From the NCBI GenBank assembly GCA_045605265.1, contig JAZUPQ010000011.1, positions 1 through 55,282 of the forward strand: 55,282 nt of DNA, given 5' to 3'. Position numbers and translations under genes: made by a program. This DNA is from Eubacteriales bacterium (GTDB lineage: Bacteria; Bacillota; Clostridia; Oscillospirales; CAG-272). Shown here one piece after another: positions 35,228-44,271 of the stretch. Each line of letters begins with the position of its first letter. Position 1 is the stretch's first letter. The notes under the pieces are model-generated. The model was given only the letters and a program-made list of their open reading frames with translations, had not been told where the DNA came from and did no database searches.

Positions 35228-36067
35228 TCAATCCTTTACCCCCTCGGTACTGCTTAAAAACGCCTTCAAAAGCCTTGTTTTTGTATCGAGCCAAAGACAA
35301 ACGCTGCGTTTTGTGTAGTTGTAGCCGTGGGAATAACCCTTAAATCCGATAATCGGCAGAGAAGACAACTTCAAAATTCCGTCAATGATTTCAATCGCGC
35401 TGAGCGACTCCTTCGCCGAAAGAACTACCGAAACGGTGACCATCATACAAACGGTGGAGGGAATGAGTTTCAGCATCATAAATAAAAATTTAGTGCTTTC
35501 GGGATTTTTCAACTCACCGCGTTCGTTGATTTTGCCCTTTGTCAGCAGCACCGTAGGGGTGATTTTGCCGATTTTCATTCTATCCGCTTGCCTGAATGCC
35601 CTGACCGCCTTTTTATCGAACGGCGCTCCGTCTTTGTAGCTCTCGTATTCTCCGTAGGTATACCCAAATCTCATCAAGGCGTTTTCTCGGCGGTATTTCA
35701 ATTCCTGTTCGGTGTAATCCTTGCAGAAGCTGCGTAATTTCTCGGTGTGACTTCCGTCTATTTTTTTAAGAACTTCCTCGTAGCTTTCTCTGGCCGTTTT
35801 GTATTCGGTTGTATCTTCGCCGAGTTTTTCTCCCGCTTCTTCAAGAGAAAAATAGGTGATATAAGAGGCAATCAGCATTAAAGTCATAAGACTCGTAAAG
35901 GTTTTTGTATGAAAGTCGCAGAAGGTAACGTCTGTAAAAATCACGAGAGTGGCGACCAAAAACGTAATCACAGCAATAACCCGTCCCGCGTTGTTTGCAA
36001 GATAAGAAAAACCGCGTTTGAAAACGTCTCCGCTTTCCAAAAGAGAAAAATCAATGTTGTTTTTCAT
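35228..36067 (-). CDS. Membrane protein, unknown function (last gene of the virion module)
   Basis: 279 aa. TM helices near the N-terminus (VIAVITFLVATLVIF, LMTLMLIASYITYF) and near residue 200 (FLFMMLKLIPSTVCMMVTVSVVL). ATG 36067 overlaps the upstream gene by 17 nt. Confidence 0.6.
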   Translation of the reverse strand: MKNNIDFSLLESGDVFKRGFSYLANNAGRVIAVITFLVATLVIFTDVTFCDFHTKTFTSLMTLMLIASYITYFSLEEAGEKLGEDTTEYKTARESYEEVLKKIDGSHTEKLRSFCKDYTEQELKYRRENALMRFGYTYGEYESYKDGAPFDKKAVRAFRQADRMKIGKITPTVLLTKGKINERGELKNPESTKFLFMMLKLIPSTVCMMVTVSVVLSAKESLSAIEIIDGILKLSSLPIIGFKGYSHGYNYTKRSVCLWLDTKTRLLKAFLSSTEGVKD

Positions 36068-36407
36068 CGCCGGGTTTACCTCTTGAAAGCCTGAAAAGGA
36101 CAGAGCCGATTATATTGCCGATAAGTCCCACGAAGGATATTACAATCATCTGGTCTACAATTTTCGAAAGTGTTGTGAAAATCAGAAAAAATATCAACCA
36201 AAGCATACATACCGAAGGGGAAGAGAAGAGTCTTTTTACCGCGTTGTATAAAGGAACTGCCGACAGAAGAAGCAGCAAGAGGGTAAAGCCGCAAAGGGCG
36301 TATTCACGCCCCAGGCTTTTCCAAAGCGGAAAATAACTCAAAACTGCCGCGAGCGGCGGAACGGTACTGAAAATTATGGCGAGGAGATAGAAAAGTTTTC
36401 TCCGCAT
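36051..36407 (-). CDS. Small polytopic membrane protein (about 4 TM; holin-like by topology only)
   Basis: 118 aa, almost entirely hydrophobic helices, with a charged C-terminus (RLSRGKPGDEKQH). GGGGGA RBS is present. Confidence 0.6.
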   Translation of the reverse strand: MRRKLFYLLAIIFSTVPPLAAVLSYFPLWKSLGREYALCGFTLLLLLLSAVPLYNAVKRLFSSPSVCMLWLIFFLIFTTLSKIVDQMIVISFVGLIGNIIGSVLFRLSRGKPGDEKQH

Positions 36408-36411
36408 CGCT

Positions 36412-36987
36412 TCATTCCCCCTTGCCTATTTGTTCCTTCATAGCGGATATTTTTTCTCCCACGATGTCCTTCTGGTACTGCGGCAAGCCGCTTGTCATGA
36501 AAATATCGTAAAGCATATCGGTTTGAGCCATGAGGACGAGGTTGAATTTCTCTCGCTGGCTTTTTGACTCCTTCGCGTTTTCCAAATCGCTCTCGAGTTT
36601 TTCAAGCCTCTCTGAAAGAGCGTTCAAACATTTTTCCGTGTTCTCCAAATAAACTCCCGCATCGCCGAGTAATTTACAGGATTTGTCAAGCTGCTCTTCG
36701 CTGCTCTTCTTAATTTTAGACACAGACTCAGTAAGCTTACCGATTGCGGAATTCAGAGTCGGCAAAAGCCCCTTTTTATATGTAAATGCTAAAACGACCG
36801 AGCCGATAAAGGCGAGAGCGGATAGAATTTTATCGCTGTTTTCCACAGCTTCTCCGTATATTGAGGCGAAGAAATTTTCTTCGCTTTCAGTCTGATCTTC
36901 AACGGATATCTCCGCCGCGCTCGCAGATATTACTGTAAGCGACAGTGTTAAAATAAGCATAATGGCAAGTAAAAGTATTTTTTTCAT
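36412..36987 (-). CDS. Secreted or membrane-anchored coiled-coil protein
   Basis: Sec-type signal peptide MKKILLLAIMLILTLSLTVISASA-AE, one further hydrophobic helix (ILSALAFIGSVVLAFTY), then heptad-rich sequence. Confidence 0.6.
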   Translation of the reverse strand: MKKILLLAIMLILTLSLTVISASAAEISVEDQTESEENFFASIYGEAVENSDKILSALAFIGSVVLAFTYKKGLLPTLNSAIGKLTESVSKIKKSSEEQLDKSCKLLGDAGVYLENTEKCLNALSERLEKLESDLENAKESKSQREKFNLVLMAQTDMLYDIFMTSGLPQYQKDIVGEKISAMKEQIGKGE

Positions 36988-37004
36988 TTTGTTGTTCCTT
37001 TCTC

Positions 37005-37409
37005 TTAAATTTCGGACAGAAACAGGCTTTTGCCTTCTATCCTTTCTTGTAATTTGCAGTTCTGTTTTTCGAGCTTTTCGACTCGGTTTTGTAAATCGTC
37101 AATGCAGGATATAAGTCCGATTATAGCCTCTACGTCGGGGCGATTATGCGACACGCCCCCCGTCTTAATGAGAATTTTGCCTATTACCTCCTGCTTTTTT
37201 TCTTGGGATAGAGTGGGGGAGTGAACTCCGTATTCCGCTTTGCAGAGATTGATTTCGCCCTTGCCGTTTTCAATCCGACAGCTTTTGCCGGCGCAGAGCA
37301 AGTATGCAGAGATAGGTTCGCTGAAAACAAAGCGTGTGGGGTGTCCTTGCCCCGTGATTTTAACACACTCGAATTTTCCGAGCTTTCTTTCATAGTAAAC
37401 GGTTTGCAT
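37005..37409 (-). CDS. Hypothetical protein (C-terminal coiled coil)
   Basis: 134-aa ORF in operon context. No motif recognised. Confidence 0.55.
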   Translation of the reverse strand: MQTVYYERKLGKFECVKITGQGHPTRFVFSEPISAYLLCAGKSCRIENGKGEINLCKAEYGVHSPTLSQEKKQEVIGKILIKTGGVSHNRPDVEAIIGLISCIDDLQNRVEKLEKQNCKLQERIEGKSLFLSEI

Positions 37410-37419
37410 AGTCTCCTCC

Positions 37420-37809
37420 TTAAATTGCGATATTGAGAGACTCTGCGATTTTGTCCACGTCTTCTCTGAGCTTTGACAAATAAAGAGCTAGACTTTGATT
37501 TTCAAAGCAGGTTATGTATTCGATAAATCTTCCGCTTTTTATATCTGCAAATATATCCGACAGCTTCGGCGCGTCGCCAATGCCGGTATTCAGGCATACG
37601 GATATAGACTCGTCAACCTCTGCAAGAATATCTTCGATGAGTGAATTTAATCTCTCAACCAGAAGTAATGGCAAGGCGTCAAACGCCTCCTTCATTTGCG
37701 CGCTGGTGTAGCCTTTTCCGCCGTACTGCGTCGGCAGTGTCGGACGTGTTGGCAGTGATGCTATTCTTATTGCGTCTGCCTCGCTTTTGTAAATTGGTTT
37801 AGTTTTCAT
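37420..37809 (-). CDS. Hypothetical virion-module protein
   Basis: 129-aa ORF tightly spaced after the 909-aa gene. No motif I can name with confidence. Confidence 0.55.
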   Translation of the reverse strand: MKTKPIYKSEADAIRIASLPTRPTLPTQYGGKGYTSAQMKEAFDALPLLLVERLNSLIEDILAEVDESISVCLNTGIGDAPKLSDIFADIKSGRFIEYITCFENQSLALYLSKLREDVDKIAESLNIAI

Positions 37810-37819
37810 ATTTCCTTCC

Positions 37820-40537
37820 TTATGTGTTTTTTATTCTTCCCTTGACGTAAAATCTGTACGACATAGAGGATATGCCGAACGGAGCTCGGAATTTGTTTGA
37901 TGATACCTGTAACTGCTTTTCTATCCACCCCTTCTCCTTCTCTTTGAGAGCCACGCTGGAATAGTCGGAATTTATAAATGAGACTGACGAAAAATCGATT
38001 TCCTCGAAATTAATAATGCTATCTGGAATTTTAGAAATTTCCTCGTAGTCGGATTTATCGGTTTTAATCTCGAATTTTATATTTGCAGGCGCGAACACCC
38101 TCAATTTAGCGGAAAAGGAATTTTTAACCGTATTTTTCGTGAAATGCGGTATAGTGCAGTCGTCCATAACGCTTCTTACGACGTAGTTTGGAGAATGTCC
38201 TGCAAAATCGTAAAAATCACTGTGAATTTTAAGTGCGTTGCTCTTTCGGTATTCGTCTGCGTCAAAGCCCTCTTTTTCTGATATTCTTACAGGCGCTTGT
38301 CCTCTTTTGTCACTGTTGAAAAGGCATATATCACCATTTTCCGTGCCAAAGAATAAGAGGCTGTCCTTGTATGAGAAAATTGCGCTTTGAGGCTGCATTA
38401 TTCCACCTTGCTTTTCTTCCGTTTGATATACCTCATAGCGATCGCCGTACTCGTAGGTGTAATAATGGATATTGCCGTAAGAATCGGTGCTGATGTGTAC
38501 TTCCTTATCGGTGATTGCATCGGTATTGTAGTGAGTTCTAAATCCCGCCGTTCCCTCGGGCGAGTAGCGGAAAACCACACGCTCGTTTTTGTATGTAGCA
38601 ACGCCGTTTATAAAATACCACTCGTACTCGTAGCTGCCCGTCTCGTGTCTGAAAATTTTTCGTGAGTCGGCGAGATACATTCTCTCCTTCGCCGCTACTA
38701 CCAGATAACCGCGCCACTGCGCGAGATTTAAGCTCTCAAAGTCCTCGCTTAAAAGCTTGGGGTTGATATTGTGAGAGCGAACCTCAATGCTTTTTCCGTT
38801 TCCGTATTCGTTTTCCTTGACCGCGCATATTCCCAAATGGGATACGAAAAGAGGCGAGTCAAAGAAGGATATGGTATCGCCCAGAGCGCTCACACCGCTG
38901 TGAATATACGACACGGGGTATACCTTAGGTATAATATCTATACCTGTTTCACGGGGTGTATGATAGTATATACTGCCTCCTGTATCGTCGCCCTCCTTAA
39001 ATACGGCAATGCTGTCTCCGATTGACAAAAGCGAGCGCACCTTGTACGTACCTACGCCGTCGTTAAAGTAGTTTAAAATGCCGAAATAGAGAGCACTGTT
39101 TCTTCCGCTTCTGTCTCTTTGAGAATAGAATACAGTGTTGGGCAGGTCAGGGTTTCCCGAGAGGAATATTCTGCCGTCAAAGCTTTCGCAAACCCGGCAT
39201 TTTTTTATTGCTTCATCGCAAGGAATACTGTGTTCGGATATATAGCTTTGCGCGAATTTGCTGGCGGTAAATCTGCTTTTTTCCATTTTACCGTACACCT
39301 TGATTTCTTTTCCGTTCAAAGAGAACTTGTTATCTTCAAAAATAGTTATTCCTTGAATTAGAGAATCGCCCATTATAACGTTGAAATTCTTTGAAACTCC
39401 GCCTACCTTAACCGACAAAATGTTACAAGCCGGGCTGTAAATCGGGATTTGAATAGAGATAGAATTGTTCTCCTGCTCGTAGATTACAACGATAGGATTA
39501 AGAACGCCTGCATTTTCAACCTTGCTAAAATCGGTAGCCGTTCCCGAATAATTAATACTAGCCAAATTCTGACAACCCGAAAAAACGAGATCGCCTATTT
39601 TTTTTAGTCCTATACCGAAGTTGAACAGATAGAGCTGTGTGCAGCCTGCAAACGCGCGATCTTCGATTTCCTTCAAGCCTTCGGGAATTATTGCGCTTGT
39701 CAGATTAGTGCAGAATTTAAATGCGCTTGCGCCGATTTTGTCTATTCCTTCCGCAATCGTAAGCGTCCTTATATGCTCGTTTCTTTCAAAAGCCTTGGGT
39801 GCGATTTCCGTAACGCGATATGTACTCTCGCCGAGCTTCACCGTCGATGGAATATGAAGGCTGACGTCCTCTGTGAAATGTCCTCCTTTTACTCGGCAAG
39901 TTTTGTCTGTTTCGGAGGTTATGTCGTATTCTATTTCGGGACTCGCGGAGGCGTATGCATCGCAGTTTCCTATGTGCGTAATTTCATAAAAGTAGTCGCT
40001 GAGAAGATTTCTCTGTTCGTATTCCTCTCCGTTTACGTAAGTGGTCGGAACGTAGGGAAGATCGCTGTCCGAGTCAATATAAGAAACTTTTCCGTTACCG
40101 TCTATCACGGTTATTGTGTTTCCGTCGAGAATATAAAGGGAATTTCCGAAGTTGAAGCCGTGGCTCTTTTGATTTTGAAGATTGCCGATAGGATCCACAG
40201 ATCCCTGATATTCCATGGAATCGTCAATCAGAAATCTGTATAGAGAAGTTCCCGCGTGAAAGACGATATATTCTGTTCCGTCGTTTGTCTTGTGAGAAAA
40301 AATCGAGTGAACCTTACGGCCGATACCCGCGTAAGCGATCTTTCTGAATCCGGGTATGCTCTCGATTAATTCTCCGCCGTCACCGTCGTAATCGCGGTAC
40401 ATGTTTTCAAGATAAGAGAATCTGTTGGAGGACGGAGAATTGTTCTCGCTGGTGAAATCAACTCCGCCCATATTTTTGTAGCAAACGGTGTATTCCGTAG
40501 GGGAGTCGGCTAAATAGTTTTTCTGTTTAACGCTCAT
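37820..40537 (-). CDS. Large virion-module protein with an internal BspA-type leucine-rich-repeat (LRR_5-like) block; possible tail or nozzle/receptor-binding protein
   Basis: The block IPSTVKLGESTYRVTEIAPKAFERNEHIRTLTIAEGIDKIGASAFKFCTNLTSAIIPEGLKEIEDRAFAGCTQLYLFNFGIGLKKIGDLVFSGCQNLASINY is a classic BspA-like LRR. The flanking sequence is rich in beta-strand/propeller-like repeats. ATG 40537 lies 2 nt after the upstream stop. Confidence 0.7.
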   Translation of the reverse strand: MSVKQKNYLADSPTEYTVCYKNMGGVDFTSENNSPSSNRFSYLENMYRDYDGDGGELIESIPGFRKIAYAGIGRKVHSIFSHKTNDGTEYIVFHAGTSLYRFLIDDSMEYQGSVDPIGNLQNQKSHGFNFGNSLYILDGNTITVIDGNGKVSYIDSDSDLPYVPTTYVNGEEYEQRNLLSDYFYEITHIGNCDAYASASPEIEYDITSETDKTCRVKGGHFTEDVSLHIPSTVKLGESTYRVTEIAPKAFERNEHIRTLTIAEGIDKIGASAFKFCTNLTSAIIPEGLKEIEDRAFAGCTQLYLFNFGIGLKKIGDLVFSGCQNLASINYSGTATDFSKVENAGVLNPIVVIYEQENNSISIQIPIYSPACNILSVKVGGVSKNFNVIMGDSLIQGITIFEDNKFSLNGKEIKVYGKMEKSRFTASKFAQSYISEHSIPCDEAIKKCRVCESFDGRIFLSGNPDLPNTVFYSQRDRSGRNSALYFGILNYFNDGVGTYKVRSLLSIGDSIAVFKEGDDTGGSIYYHTPRETGIDIIPKVYPVSYIHSGVSALGDTISFFDSPLFVSHLGICAVKENEYGNGKSIEVRSHNINPKLLSEDFESLNLAQWRGYLVVAAKERMYLADSRKIFRHETGSYEYEWYFINGVATYKNERVVFRYSPEGTAGFRTHYNTDAITDKEVHISTDSYGNIHYYTYEYGDRYEVYQTEEKQGGIMQPQSAIFSYKDSLLFFGTENGDICLFNSDKRGQAPVRISEKEGFDADEYRKSNALKIHSDFYDFAGHSPNYVVRSVMDDCTIPHFTKNTVKNSFSAKLRVFAPANIKFEIKTDKSDYEEISKIPDSIINFEEIDFSSVSFINSDYSSVALKEKEKGWIEKQLQVSSNKFRAPFGISSMSYRFYVKGRIKNT

Positions 40538-40539
40538 AA

Positions 40540-41376
40540 CTACGCCCACCCGTTAGTCAGAATTTTCTGTCCTTGGCTTTCTCGGCTATAAAATTTTGTC
40601 GCGGTCATTCCCTCGCGGTACATATTATAATAGTACTGCGATTTGCCAGCGTCGTCATCAAGCCAGACGTAAGACGCCGTCAAAAGCGGAAGCAAATGCT
40701 CACATTCAACAGGAAGGTCGATTTCCTTTTCTCCGTCGTTCAAGGTAAGCGTCTCGCAGGACCTTTTGTAGCTTATATTAACAATGCCTTCGTAGTGGTA
40801 AGGGACGGTCAAATGCTTTGAGGTTGCGGTAACGTCGTATAATAGCTCGCCGTTATTTCCCGTAGGAAAGGAGGAGAAAGAGATGAAGCGATTATCGTAT
40901 TCTTTTCCATCAAACTCATAGTTGTCAAAGGGCAGCTTTATATCTTTTGGATTATCGCTGAATATTTCGGAAAACAAGGTCAAATCATAAATGCTGTAAC
41001 AGAATTCACCCTTGAAAACCAGATTTGCTTCGCCAAAGACAAAACCCTTTGTGACGGTGCCGTTACCTGAAAACTCATATTCACGGATGCCAAAATCGTC
41101 TGTAAGAGTCATTTTGCCTGTGCCGAATGAGCGAAATATAAAAGCCTTTGCCGATCCGCAAAATTCCTTGCTCTCGCTACCGGAATGTAAATATTTATTC
41201 ACATAAAGTTGATATTTTGCCTTACGGCACTCGACTTTCATGTTGGATATTACATTTCTTTCGGTAAATATTTGAGCAAGCGAACGGTTGACGGAGGAGA
41301 CGAATGATGAGTCCAGCTCAATCGCTCTTTCAAATCCTAAGGCGCACACCTCTGCTTTTAATTCGTTTAGTGTCAT
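40540..41376 (-). CDS. Hypothetical virion protein (position suggests a head-tail adaptor)
   Basis: 278-aa ORF, first gene after the capsid-like gene. The functional call rests on gene order only. Confidence 0.5.
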   Translation of the reverse strand: MTLNELKAEVCALGFERAIELDSSFVSSVNRSLAQIFTERNVISNMKVECRKAKYQLYVNKYLHSGSESKEFCGSAKAFIFRSFGTGKMTLTDDFGIREYEFSGNGTVTKGFVFGEANLVFKGEFCYSIYDLTLFSEIFSDNPKDIKLPFDNYEFDGKEYDNRFISFSSFPTGNNGELLYDVTATSKHLTVPYHYEGIVNISYKRSCETLTLNDGEKEIDLPVECEHLLPLLTASYVWLDDDAGKSQYYYNMYREGMTATKFYSRESQGQKILTNGWA

Positions 41377-41476
41377 TTCTTTTCCTTTCTGATAAAATTA
41401 AATTAGGCAGGCGCAAATTAGGTTACCCCGCATCACACCCGCCCGCACTGTTATGCGTGAAAACTGGATTTGAAGA

Positions 41477-42526
41477 TTAGATATAATCGCAGGAGCTTGC
41501 TGAAATGTTGGTCGTAACGCGGAGAATGTGCTTGTACGAGCCAAATCCTACGCCGAAACGGCATCTTCCGTTCCAAATGTAGTTGCCTGTGTGGTTTTCA
41601 ACCCAGTTTGTAATAGTGAGAGGAACACGGTTGAAGAACATATTGCCGCCGAGAGTTTCGTTGGCATCGCTTGACATAAGAATAAACTCGTCGTAAATGG
41701 TTGTCCAGTGAGGAAGAATAACGATATTCCACCTGCCGTAGTGAATGTTGATGTCGTTTTTGGAGCTTCCCGTTACGAACTCGCTGCCGCAAATCTTCTT
41801 AATCGCCTTTTCAAACTCAGGTCTGTTGCCGGGGAGAATGATGGTGTCTGCTACGTAGCCGAGGGGTTCGCCGTTTTCGTCAAGCATATTACGAAGCTTG
41901 TGGCTCGCTCTTGAAAGGAGCTCGTCCACCTTTTGTAAATTGATATATTCGCCCTCATCGTCATAGAGGTTTTCCAGCTTGAAGTAGTTGGCTTGAATAC
42001 CGTTTTTGGTAGTTGTACCCCACTTGTGAGAGTTGGAGAAGAGGGGCACTGAGTCTCCTGTTGTAAGGTCGATTGTTGCGCCTGCGATAGATGTGCTTGG
42101 ATTAGTCGCTTCGATAAGCGCCTTTTCGCAAATTTTGTCCATCGTCTTGTAGTAGGCTCTTGTGAAGTTTTCAATTCTGCGCTTTGAGTCGGCCGCAATA
42201 CCGAAGTTTGCGTCCTCCATCATCTCTGCCGTGATTGAGAATTCCTTTGTGTACTGAATGTGTTCGATGAACTTACGATAGGTCTCCTCGGTGCTGTCAA
42301 GGATAGCGGGAGCGCCTTCCTTAGTGGCTTGGAAAATATCAAAGTCACTGTTTGATACAATGGTCTCGCCATATTTGTTGCTCTTTTCTACGTTGAACAA
42401 CCAATTTCTGATACCGCCGTTTTTGGTGTATCTGTTGCTCTCGTGCTCAATCAACATCTTGATTGGGGTTTCGAGCTTTCCTATTGCGGAATTATTTAAA
42501 CCGCTTGATTTTGAATAAACAAACAT
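41477..42526 (-). CDS. Probable major capsid protein (HK97-fold type, about 349 aa)
   Basis: The call rests on position after the scaffold-like gene and on size. There is loose resemblance to podovirus/T7-type capsid proteins (for example the FSITAEMMEDANFG spine-helix-like region). Not verified by search. Confidence 0.6.
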   Translation of the reverse strand: MFVYSKSSGLNNSAIGKLETPIKMLIEHESNRYTKNGGIRNWLFNVEKSNKYGETIVSNSDFDIFQATKEGAPAILDSTEETYRKFIEHIQYTKEFSITAEMMEDANFGIAADSKRRIENFTRAYYKTMDKICEKALIEATNPSTSIAGATIDLTTGDSVPLFSNSHKWGTTTKNGIQANYFKLENLYDDEGEYINLQKVDELLSRASHKLRNMLDENGEPLGYVADTIILPGNRPEFEKAIKKICGSEFVTGSSKNDINIHYGRWNIVILPHWTTIYDEFILMSSDANETLGGNMFFNRVPLTITNWVENHTGNYIWNGRCRFGVGFGSYKHILRVTTNISASSCDYI

Positions 42527-42542
42527 ATTGGTCCTTTCCTCC

Positions 42543-42956
42543 TTATGACTCTAATCTTACTCTTATGAGTAAATTTTCTTTTGCGTTTAAAGTGTCTGTG
42601 ATTACGAAATCGCCTTCCGGATCGAAGTGGAGGCAGCAATCGGTGGGAGAGTCGTTGTCCAGGTTAACTCTTGCGCCTACCTTGATGTTATCAAGCTCCT
42701 CTCTGCTGCATTTGCACTCGAATTCCATATCGGGTGTCACTTGGTAGCAGGAAATAGTGGCGTCGGTGTCGGAGGTTTTCCCTTTTTCTTCCATCGTAAC
42801 GTAATACGGTTTTAAGTTTGAGGTGAGGTTTGTTAAACCGTCTGTCGTGTTTGAATAAGCGCAGCCTGCGTAGAAATGCATATTCGGCGTAATCTTGCGC
42901 TGTATTGGAAAGGGCACGCCTGTGGTTGAATTTGTTATGCTGATAAGTTTAAACAT
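42543..42956 (-). CDS. Hypothetical head-module protein (decoration or scaffold accessory?)
   Basis: 137-aa ORF between the scaffold-like and capsid-like genes. Confidence 0.5.
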   Translation of the reverse strand: MFKLISITNSTTGVPFPIQRKITPNMHFYAGCAYSNTTDGLTNLTSNLKPYYVTMEEKGKTSDTDATISCYQVTPDMEFECKCSREELDNIKVGARVNLDNDSPTDCCLHFDPEGDFVITDTLNAKENLLIRVRLES

Positions 42957-42959
42957 TTT

Positions 42960-43424
42960 TTAACCTTTCTGTCTTGTTACTGATTTGTATAGTTGTTGTA
43001 TTTGAGCGTCGCTCATATCTGGGAACAGTTCTCTCGCTTCTTCCATTTCTGCCCGTGTCATAGCAGAGCTTATGTTTTTTATGCTTTTGGGCATGGATGT
43101 AAGCAGATGAGAACGGTTGTCAAAATTTTTTCTCGTTCTTCTCGTGGCGAGATAAGCCTCCTCCGGAGAGAGTCCGAGGTCTCTCAGCTCAGCATATCTC
43201 ATAGGGTTTTCAAGCTCGGTGATATCCTTTATCTCCGACAGTTCCTGAAAATTTTCCGCGAGCTTGCGAAGGTCGTCTTCAACGATTTTTTCATAGTCCA
43301 CCGTCTCTTGAAGGTCATCTGCGGTGTTTTCGCAGAGTGGTTCATCCACGCTTTTTTCCTCTTTGGAAATTTCTGCAAATTCGCTTTCGGAAACAGCTTT
43401 TTCGAAATTCAAAATTTCATCCAT
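42960..43424 (-). CDS. Acidic scaffold-like protein
   Basis: 154 aa, strongly acidic and helical (MDEILNFEKAVSESEFAEISKEEKSVDEPL...). Its position between portal and capsid is typical of scaffolding proteins. Confidence 0.5.
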   Translation of the reverse strand: MDEILNFEKAVSESEFAEISKEEKSVDEPLCENTADDLQETVDYEKIVEDDLRKLAENFQELSEIKDITELENPMRYAELRDLGLSPEEAYLATRRTRKNFDNRSHLLTSMPKSIKNISSAMTRAEMEEARELFPDMSDAQIQQLYKSVTRQKG

Positions 43425-43425
43425 A

Positions 43426-43575
43426 TTACTTGCTGCCTTTCACTCTGAAATCGCCGCTTGTGGTCTTTGAAACGGCCTTGACGGTGTTCTTTTGGGGAGA
43501 AGGGGCGCTCACCTTTTCAAATCCTGTTACTCGGTAAGCGTTTGAAACTTGGTTTTGGCTGTTTTTCTTCTTCAT
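43426..43575 (-). CDS. Small, very basic protein (49 aa; below the ORF-track cutoff)
   Basis: Manual translation gives MKKKNSQNQVSNAYRVTGFEKVSAPSPQKNTVKAVSKTTSGDFRVKGSK (11 K/R versus 2 D/E). AAGGAAAG RBS is present. Its stop lies 1 nt before the next start. Confidence 0.5.
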   Translation of the reverse strand: MKKKNSQNQVSNAYRVTGFEKVSAPSPQKNTVKAVSKTTSGDFRVKGSK

Positions 43576-43589
43576 TTTTCTTTCCTTTC

Positions 43590-44255
43590 TTATCTTGAAT
43601 TTGGGATTAAATTATCCATATAACTGTCGTCGGAATATGAATAATGCTCGTTGTACTTGATTACAAAATCGGCTATCTCGTCGGCTTCGGCTTGCGAAAG
43701 ACCGCTGAACAGCGCGTAAAGCCTTGCCTCGCTTGAAGTCATATTGTTCTTTATAGCTAGATTGCCGATTTCCTTTTTGATCTCGTTTTTGGTTATTCCG
43801 GTAGTCAATTTTGCAATCTCGCGCGCTGACTCGGCGTCAACTCCGGCGCTGACAGCATAGTCAAAGGCATCGTCGTAGCTTGTGATTTTTTTACTTAAAA
43901 GCTGGTTTGCAATATCCTTTTTCAACTTACCTGCTTCATTTTGCTTGCTTGTGATATAATCGCTGTACGACTTGATGTTTTTTCTTTGATTATCCGCATA
44001 ATCCATAAGGGCGTCCGCCTTGCTTTTTTGTAAGGTTTGATACGCCTTTCCGTTTATGTAATCGGAATAACCGCTTCCCGAAAGCCCCTTTGAAGATAAG
44101 CTCTCTGACAGAGCGCCGTATCCGGACAGCGCCTTTTTGTAGTCTGTCTCCGCGTTTTTGATATTGCTGTCGTAGATTTTTTTCGAGTCTATTCCATAGG
44201 TATCAACCCAGTTTTGATAACTATTGTTTGCAGTATTTGGCTTTTTGGAGCTCAT
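43590..44255 (-). CDS. Hypothetical head-module protein
   Basis: ORF 43590-44321 in the track. ATG 44255 (MSSKKPN...) lies 14 nt after the portal stop and is the more likely start. Confidence 0.55.
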   Translation of the reverse strand: MSSKKPNTANNSYQNWVDTYGIDSKKIYDSNIKNAETDYKKALSGYGALSESLSSKGLSGSGYSDYINGKAYQTLQKSKADALMDYADNQRKNIKSYSDYITSKQNEAGKLKKDIANQLLSKKITSYDDAFDYAVSAGVDAESAREIAKLTTGITKNEIKKEIGNLAIKNNMTSSEARLYALFSGLSQAEADEIADFVIKYNEHYSYSDDSYMDNLIPNSR

Positions 44256-44271
44256 ACGGTTCTTCAAAAAA

